From positions 1-64,000 of the IMG/VR virus record IMGVR_UViG_3300009128_000011: a stretch of 64,000 bases of DNA; one strand, written 5' to 3'. The stretch is from a virus. Numbering within the stretch: the stretch's first letter is position 1; each line of letters starts with the position of its first letter. A program made the position numbers and the translations under genes. The notes beneath the pieces are model-generated. The model saw nothing but the letters and a program-made list of their open reading frames with translations. It ran no database searches and had not been told where the DNA came from. Positions 57,963 through 64,000 of the stretch are shown here, in pieces.

Positions 57963-60671
57963 ATGCCAAGCCGCATCTACGGCCCGATCAACGCCCCTGG
58001 AGTCGGGCTCGAGGAGCTCACGACCCCCCGGCCGCCCCAGCCGGGGCAGATCGGGACGAGCTACGTCCTCGGCTCGTACCGCCGGGGCCCCGTGGGCGGT
58101 CCCGGGGTGCCCCCCGTGGCGATCCGTTCCATGGCCGACCTCTGGCGGCGCCGTGGCGTCAAGGTCGACGCGGCCGCGGATCACTGCGCCGAGCAGGCCT
58201 GCCGGGCCTTCCTCGATATGGCCGAGGGCGGCGGAGCGCTGTACACCGAGCGCGTCTGCGACGGGACCGAGGTGGCCTCCACCTGGACCCTGCTCACCCG
58301 CCGGTGCCCCCGCGGCGTCCTGTGCCGCAACGACGACACGCTGACCCCGACGGCGGTCACGGCCGTCTGCGAGTGGGCGGGCCGGGACGGCGGCAAGCAG
58401 AAGATCCTCGGCGGTCTGCTTCCCCTGCTGGCGAACATCACGGTCACGACCGTGGCGACCAGTAAGACGATGCTGCTCAACGAGCTGCGCGGCGGCACGC
58501 TGACCCTGCGGGGCGTGAGCGCCCGCACCTACACCATCGTGAGCAACACCACGGCCGGCGTGATCAGCGTCGAAGCCGATGCCACGATGGATACCGACAT
58601 CGCGGCCGACGACCCGACGAACCTCTACTGGATGGTCGAGGTCGTCAACCTGGAGACCGACGAGGAGAAGGGGGCGACCCGGCGTGCCGTCGCCCTGCGC
58701 GTTTCCCCGCGGGGGGCCAGGCGCCCCGCCATCGAGTGCGGCCTGCGGGTCAAGCTCGACCGCTTCGAGCAGCAGCACTACCCCGACCTGTCCATGGTCG
58801 CCGGCATCCCCGGACGCTCCGAGATCGCCGGACGGGTCAACAACGACAGCAACAACCACGAAGTCACGCTGGTCAACGCCTGGACGGGGGGAGACCAGGC
58901 GGACGCCCGGCCCGCCAACTGGGCCGGCATCGCCACCGCGGTCTCCGCCGGCGGCCTGACCCTGCGAATCGTCGAGTGGCAGCGGACGGTGGGCAACGCG
59001 ACGGGGTGGATCGACACCTTCACCTACGGCACCGACCTGCGCCCGCAGACCATCACGCTGACCTTCCTGACGCCGACCACCTACACGGTGGCCACCGACC
59101 TGGGGATCGAGGACATCCCGAACGCGGGGGCGCTGGGGGCCAACGCGCTGGACGCGCTGCACCCGCAGCTCATGGGCTTCACCGTGACCGCCGGCGCCGT
59201 GGCCTTCCAGGCCGGCGACGTCATCGTGATCCGGGTCAAGGCGCTCCCCACCGACGGGCAGATGGTGGGGGCCCGGCTCTGGCCGGACGGCGACGGCACC
59301 AACGCCGGCGTGAGCGTCCCGATCCAGTCCAGCACCTCCCGCACCGTGACGGTGCCGACGAGCTACGACCTGACCTCTCTGGCGAGCGTCCCCCTCCAGG
59401 CGGGGGCGACGACCACCGCGGCGGGCCCGTGGAACACCGCGGCCGGCTCCCACGGTGGTCCGGTCACCCTGACGGGGATCTCCGTCACCCAGGACGGGAC
59501 GGCGGTGGCGGTGGCCGACTACACCTTCCCCGACACGGTCAACCTGACCGCTGCCGCCCTCAAGGCCGACTGGGACGCCCACGCTGCCTGTCTGCTGGCG
59601 ACGATCAACGCCGACGGGACCGTGACGCTGGGCAGCGAGGGGACCGGCGGCCTGGTGAGCTTCACCTACACGGGCGGCACGGCCATCGGGATCCTGATGC
59701 CGGCCGCTGCCACCTGGACCGGCACCGACGGCTCCCTGATCCTGATCGAGTACGACCAGGAGGGGCAGGCGGGCTACGACGGCATCGCCGCCCTGGCCGC
59801 CGCGGACGTCGTCGGAGCGCTCGACCAGAACGGCAGCATCGCCGAGATCCAGGAGGACAACACCGGCCTGATCGTCATCGCCGCCCCCGGCTGGGCGTTC
59901 GACAACGTGGTGGCCGCGGGCAACCAGCTCGCCGCGGACATCAACGCCGTCTTCCTGCCCGAGTACGCCATCACCGTCCTGACCGAGGCCGCTGCCGTGG
60001 CCAAGATCTCGGACGACTGGGGGCTCGACGACTTCATGTGGCCCTTCTGGCCGTCGTGGGGCTTCGTCGACGCCCGGGACGGCGCAGGAGGGCAGGAGCA
60101 GGTCTCCCTGGCTGGCCACATCATGGGGCTGCAGGCGCGCTCCTGGGCCAGCAACGGCATGGGCAAGGCGCCGTCGGGGACCTCGACGAAGCTGCGGGGC
60201 GTCCTGCGTCTGCTCAAAGCGAACGACGACGTGCTCCCCGATGCCGAGCAGCTCAACCTGACGGGCATCCGGACCATCACGAAGCGCGGCACGACCGACT
60301 TCATCATCTGGGGCGACCGGTGCCCCGGGGAGACCGAGGTCTGGGTCCACAAGCGGGCGATCAAGGGGCAGGTGGGGCGGGAGCTCGTCTACCCCGGCAA
60401 CTTCGCCCAGTACATCTTTGAGACGAACGACACCACCCTGTGGGGCCGGCTCAACGTCGCCCTGCGCCAGCTCCTGCTGCCGCACTACGAGGACGGCTGG
60501 TTCGACTCGGATCGGGAGTTCGACGACGCGGTGCAGATCCAGATCGACGACGAGAACAACACCGCGGCCACCATCGCCGCCGGCCGGGTCATCGTGGACC
60601 TCGGCCTGTACCTGCCGAACACGGCCGAGCAGATCTGGTTCCGGCTCTCCGAGCTGGGCGTGGAGATCTAG
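57963..60671 (+). CDS. Contractile tail sheath protein
   Basis: APGVGLEE, G...RGPVG.P, IAAPG, LAGHIMG..AR, KAPSG, LNLTGIRTI, IWGDR, IFETND..LW, AEQIWFRL. Confidence 0.92.
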   Translation: MPSRIYGPINAPGVGLEELTTPRPPQPGQIGTSYVLGSYRRGPVGGPGVPPVAIRSMADLWRRRGVKVDAAADHCAEQACRAFLDMAEGGGALYTERVCDGTEVASTWTLLTRRCPRGVLCRNDDTLTPTAVTAVCEWAGRDGGKQKILGGLLPLLANITVTTVATSKTMLLNELRGGTLTLRGVSARTYTIVSNTTAGVISVEADATMDTDIAADDPTNLYWMVEVVNLETDEEKGATRRAVALRVSPRGARRPAIECGLRVKLDRFEQQHYPDLSMVAGIPGRSEIAGRVNNDSNNHEVTLVNAWTGGDQADARPANWAGIATAVSAGGLTLRIVEWQRTVGNATGWIDTFTYGTDLRPQTITLTFLTPTTYTVATDLGIEDIPNAGALGANALDALHPQLMGFTVTAGAVAFQAGDVIVIRVKALPTDGQMVGARLWPDGDGTNAGVSVPIQSSTSRTVTVPTSYDLTSLASVPLQAGATTTAAGPWNTAAGSHGGPVTLTGISVTQDGTAVAVADYTFPDTVNLTAAALKADWDAHAACLLATINADGTVTLGSEGTGGLVSFTYTGGTAIGILMPAAATWTGTDGSLILIEYDQEGQAGYDGIAALAAADVVGALDQNGSIAEIQEDNTGLIVIAAPGWAFDNVVAAGNQLAADINAVFLPEYAITVLTEAAAVAKISDDWGLDDFMWPFWPSWGFVDARDGAGGQEQVSLAGHIMGLQARSWASNGMGKAPSGTSTKLRGVLRLLKANDDVLPDAEQLNLTGIRTITKRGTTDFIIWGDRCPGETEVWVHKRAIKGQVGRELVYPGNFAQYIFETNDTTLWGRLNVALRQLLLPHYEDGWFDSDREFDDAVQIQIDDENNTAATIAAGRVIVDLGLYLPNTAEQIWFRLSELGVEI

Positions 60672-60706
60672 CGGGCGCCTGCGCCCTAGCATAGGAGGCA
60701 AGCAGC

Positions 60707-61120
60707 ATGCCGACCCCAGGACAGGACGACGCCCGCAGCACGAAGTTCGTCCTCTTCGCCGGCACCGCCCGGCTCGAGCCCGTGACCATCTCGGGCATCC
60801 AGGACGAGTACGTGGCCGTCGAGCGGCCCGACCGCACCCGGCGGGTGTCGGACCAGCGGGTGCCGTTCGACTTCACGATGACCTTCAAGGTGCGGGACCG
60901 CGTGGCGCTCGCCTTCCTGCGCACCTGGCGCAGCACCCGCGAGCACATCGACTGCACCCTGATCCTGCAGACGGAGGACCGCGAGGAGGTGGGCACGCTC
61001 CAACTCCTGAAGGTCTGCCCGCGCATGTGGTCGATCACCGACCTGTCGGTCTCCGAGGACGCCACCGAGGTGACCAAGGAGCTGACCTTCACGTGCGACG
61101 GCGTCAACGAACTCACGTAA
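60707..61120 (+). CDS. Tail tube protein
   Basis: Follows sheath; 137 aa; ends ELTFTCD. Confidence 0.75.
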   Translation: MPTPGQDDARSTKFVLFAGTARLEPVTISGIQDEYVAVERPDRTRRVSDQRVPFDFTMTFKVRDRVALAFLRTWRSTREHIDCTLILQTEDREEVGTLQLLKVCPRMWSITDLSVSEDATEVTKELTFTCDGVNELT

Positions 61121-61157
61121 CGCCGTCGCTTCGCCCGAGCCTATCCCGGAGGCGAGG

Positions 61158-62117
61158 ATGACGAAGCCCGACGAGACCGAGGGGGGCATGCCCCCGGAGA
61201 AAGAGAGCACCGTCCCCGACGAGGCGGACGGAGGCACCGTTCCAGAGGAGGACCTGTCCGACGAGTTGCTGGAGGGACAGCGGTGGACAACGGTCGGCGA
61301 CCTCGGCCACCGGCTCCCGTGCGCCGTCGGCCCAGACGTCTCCTACACCTTCCGCACCGCCAACCTGGGGCTGAAGCTGGAGCGGGGACGCAAGGTGCCG
61401 GAGACGCTCAAGGCGCGTCCCATGCTCTACCTCGCCCACTTCCTGGCGGTCTCGCTGGAGAGCGTACAGGGGCGCAGGCTGACCGACATGGGGGTCGAAG
61501 AGGCCGCTCTCCTCATGCGCTCGTTGCCGTCTTCATCGGTCCTGCAGATGCTCGTCAGGTACTGGATCGACCGTCGCGGTTCGGACGTGTTGGTCCGGGA
61601 TGACATCATCTGCCCCCAGGTGTCGTGCGGGGCGGTCCAGGACGTGCCGCTCCACCTGTCGCAGATGCGCGTGCGGGCGTGGGATCATCTCGACGCCCTG
61701 CCGCGCATCGAGTGCGAGCTGGTCGACGACTTCAGATTCCCCGGCGACCGGACGGTCAGCGCGGTCGCCATGGAGCCGGCGCCGTGGGACGCATGCTGCG
61801 AGCTCGGAGACGGCCAACTCGCCTCGGAAGGGGAGCAGGAGGTGGCGAACCTGCAGCGGGCCATCGTCAGCACCGATACCGTCGAGGGGCGTGTCACGAT
61901 CCCGAGGCCGGTGCTGGAGCGGCTGTCTGCCGACGACGCCGTGGGGCTGGGCCTCGACCTGGACCTGCTGTCCGGTGGTCCAGAGATGGCCATGGGTGCG
62001 GAGTGCGCGCGCTGCAAGAGCACGTTCTACGTGGGGGTGCCGTTCAGTAGCCTGGATTTTTTCGGGCAGGAGGTGCGGAGGATGCGCCGACGCCGCAGGA
62101 GGTTGGTGAGCAGCTAG
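61158..62117 (+). CDS. Tail assembly chaperone; -1 frameshift extension to 62254
   Basis: Between tube and tape measure; CP..SCG and CARC; T TTT TTC at 62057-62063 with open -1 frame. Confidence 0.75.
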   Translation: MTKPDETEGGMPPEKESTVPDEADGGTVPEEDLSDELLEGQRWTTVGDLGHRLPCAVGPDVSYTFRTANLGLKLERGRKVPETLKARPMLYLAHFLAVSLESVQGRRLTDMGVEEAALLMRSLPSSSVLQMLVRYWIDRRGSDVLVRDDIICPQVSCGAVQDVPLHLSQMRVRAWDHLDALPRIECELVDDFRFPGDRTVSAVAMEPAPWDACCELGDGQLASEGEQEVANLQRAIVSTDTVEGRVTIPRPVLERLSADDAVGLGLDLDLLSGGPEMAMGAECARCKSTFYVGVPFSSLDFFGQEVRRMRRRRRRLVSS

Positions 62118-62254
62118 CCTTCCTGGGGCACGTCTGCCACCAGCCAGCATCGGAGGTGCTCGCCATGGAGGACGCGGTGAGAAGATCGATGCTGAAGACG
62201 GCCCACAAGCTGTACCGAACCTGGGCGGAGGTCCAGGGGGCGAAGCTGCGGTAG

Positions 62255-64000
62255 ATGGGGGCGTTCTCCCGGGCGTTCGGCGGAGGCGGCCGCACCATGG
62301 GACTCGGGGCGATCCTCGACTTCCAGTCCCGGGATGCCGTCAAGAACATGAACAAGGCGCAGGCGGGGACGTTCCGCCTGCAGACGGGGCTGCAGAACGC
62401 AGGGATAGCGGCGCGCACGGCCGCGGGGACCATCGCCAAGTTCGGCTTGGCGCTCGTGCCGGTCGGCGCTGCGCTCGGCGTGGGGGTCAAGAAGGCGCTG
62501 GACTGGGAGACGGGGATGGCGCGGATCGGCACCCTGCTGACCGGCCCAGACCTGGAGCGCCTGCCGCAGATCAGCCGGGAGATGGGGGAGCTGACGCGGC
62601 AGTACGGGGTCGCCGCCAGCACCATGCAGGAGGGTATGTTCCAGGCGATCTCGGCCTCGGTGCCGGCGACGAAGTCCATGGAGTTCATGACCGTGGCGGC
62701 GAAGGCCGCTGTTGGCGGCTTCACGGACATGAACGTCGCGGTCGACGGGCTGACGAACGTGATCAACGCCTACGGCCTGTCCGTCGACCGGGCCGAAGAG
62801 GTGGCCTCGGCGTTCTTCGTGAGCAACCGCTTCGGGAAGACCACCTTCGATGAGCTGGCGCAGAGCCTCGGGCAGGTCAGTCCACTCGCGGCCAAGCTGG
62901 ACGTGGACTTCCGCCAGCTCTCGGCGGTCATCGCCGGCGTGTCCAAGCAGGGCATCGTGACGGCGGAGGTCGTCACCGGTCTGCGCGCAGCGTTCACCAA
63001 CCTGATGCAGCAGCAGCCCCGGGCGATCAAGATGGCGAAAAAGATCGGGATCGAGTGGGGGGTCGCGGGCATGAAGGCAGCCGGAGGCTTCGTCCCCTTC
63101 CTCGAAGAGATCACCAGAAAGGCGAAGGGCAACGTCTCGGTCATGCAGAGGATGTTCCGCTCCGTCGAGGGCCTCAAGGTGGTCCTGGCGCTGACGTCCA
63201 AGGTCGGCATGGCGACCTACACGCAGTCCATGGAGGACATGGCGACCAGGTCAGTACAACTCCAGGAGGCGTTTGCCAAGGTCGAGCAGAAGACGAAACA
63301 CCAGCTTCGGCGGCTTGGTGCCAACTTCTCCAGCTTGGCGAAGGACGTGGGGACCGAGCTACTCCCGGTTGTTCGGGAGGCGGCCAACGCGCTGGGCGAC
63401 ATGGTCGATACGCTGCGGGCCAACCCCCGAGAGCTTCGTGGCGCCATGCGGTCGCTGGCGACGGGCCTGCGGTCGGCGCTGCAGACGGCCAAGAAGACGA
63501 TGGGGTGGCTACGGGACAACCTGGAGACGATTCTGGCAGTCTCCAAGCAACTCGTCTCCACGTGGATCAAGTTCAAGGCGCTCCAGATCGGCATGGGGCT
63601 GGCGCAGGCGGGGGCTGGTGCGTTTCAGTTCGCCCAGGTCGTCTCCGCCCAGGGGCTCGCTGGCGCGCTCGGGATGCTGAAGACCGAGACCGTGAAGACC
63701 GCCGGCAAGATGAAGATCCTCGGCATCGCCACGACCGGCGGGATCGCGACGATGCGCGGCCTGCCGGTCGACCTGTCTGCCTTCTCCGGGGCGCTGGGTG
63801 GGGCGGCCAAGTCGACCCGTCGCATGTTCTGGGTAGGGCCGAAGATGGGTGTCGGTGCAGCGGGGACGATCTTCGGCCCCATCGGGAAGGCGTCGCTGAC
63901 GTTCGGCAATACGCTGCTCGTCGCCGCCGCCGGGATGGTCGGCTGGGAGATTGGACAGTGGCTCAACTCCCTTGGGGCCGATGAGCTGGTCTACAGGGGG
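62255..64000 (+). CDS. Tape measure protein (TP901-like core), runs off the window end
   Basis: Manual translation: WETGMARIGTLL, GMFQAISA, AAKAAVGG.TD, INAYGL, GKTTFDELAQSLG. Confidence 0.9.
   Translation, partial: MGAFSRAFGGGGRTMGLGAILDFQSRDAVKNMNKAQAGTFRLQTGLQNAGIAARTAAGTIAKFGLALVPVGAALGVGVKKALDWETGMARIGTLLTGPDLERLPQISREMGELTRQYGVAASTMQEGMFQAISASVPATKSMEFMTVAAKAAVGGFTDMNVAVDGLTNVINAYGLSVDRAEEVASAFFVSNRFGKTTFDELAQSLGQVSPLAAKLDVDFRQLSAVIAGVSKQGIVTAEVVTGLRAAFTNLMQQQPRAIKMAKKIGIEWGVAGMKAAGGFVPFLEEITRKAKGNVSVMQRMFRSVEGLKVVLALTSKVGMATYTQSMEDMATRSVQLQEAFAKVEQKTKHQLRRLGANFSSLAKDVGTELLPVVREAANALGDMVDTLRANPRELRGAMRSLATGLRSALQTAKKTMGWLRDNLETILAVSKQLVSTWIKFKALQIGMGLAQAGAGAFQFAQVVSAQGLAGALGMLKTETVKTAGKMKILGIATTGGIATMRGLPVDLSAFSGALGGAAKSTRRMFWVGPKMGVGAAGTIFGPIGKASLTFGNTLLVAAAGMVGWEIGQWLNSLGADELVYRG

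Overview
High-GC 64 kb segment of a tailed phage or prophage genome with a contractile tail. No integrase, DNA polymerase, tRNA or CRISPR array was recognised in the window. Order: recombination/replication genes (tandem-OB SSB, Rad52-like annealase, XRE regulator, RusA, two helicases, DHH phosphoesterase, DNA methyltransferase, AEP primase-P-loop fusion), an iteron/AT-rich origin at about 14.1-14.4 kb, about 8 kb of small accessory genes, packaging and head genes, a roughly 10 kb glycan-synthesis cluster between the capsid and neck genes (multi-domain glycosyltransferases, methyltransferases, cysC, a beta-propeller, gmd, fcl), then neck, sheath, tube, a frameshifted tail chaperone and tape measure. 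Most notable: (1) a putative phage-encoded pathway for a fucosylated, methylated and possibly sulfated virion glycan; (2) four copies of an exactly 100-bp promoter/leader module, each driving a minus-strand island of small genes; (3) a hammerhead ribozyme in one island whose catalytic core contains the upstream stop codon; (4) a 2H phosphoesterase fused to the prohead protease, whose gene looks split by an antisense insert. All protein calls come from motif recognition by eye; no database searches were run.
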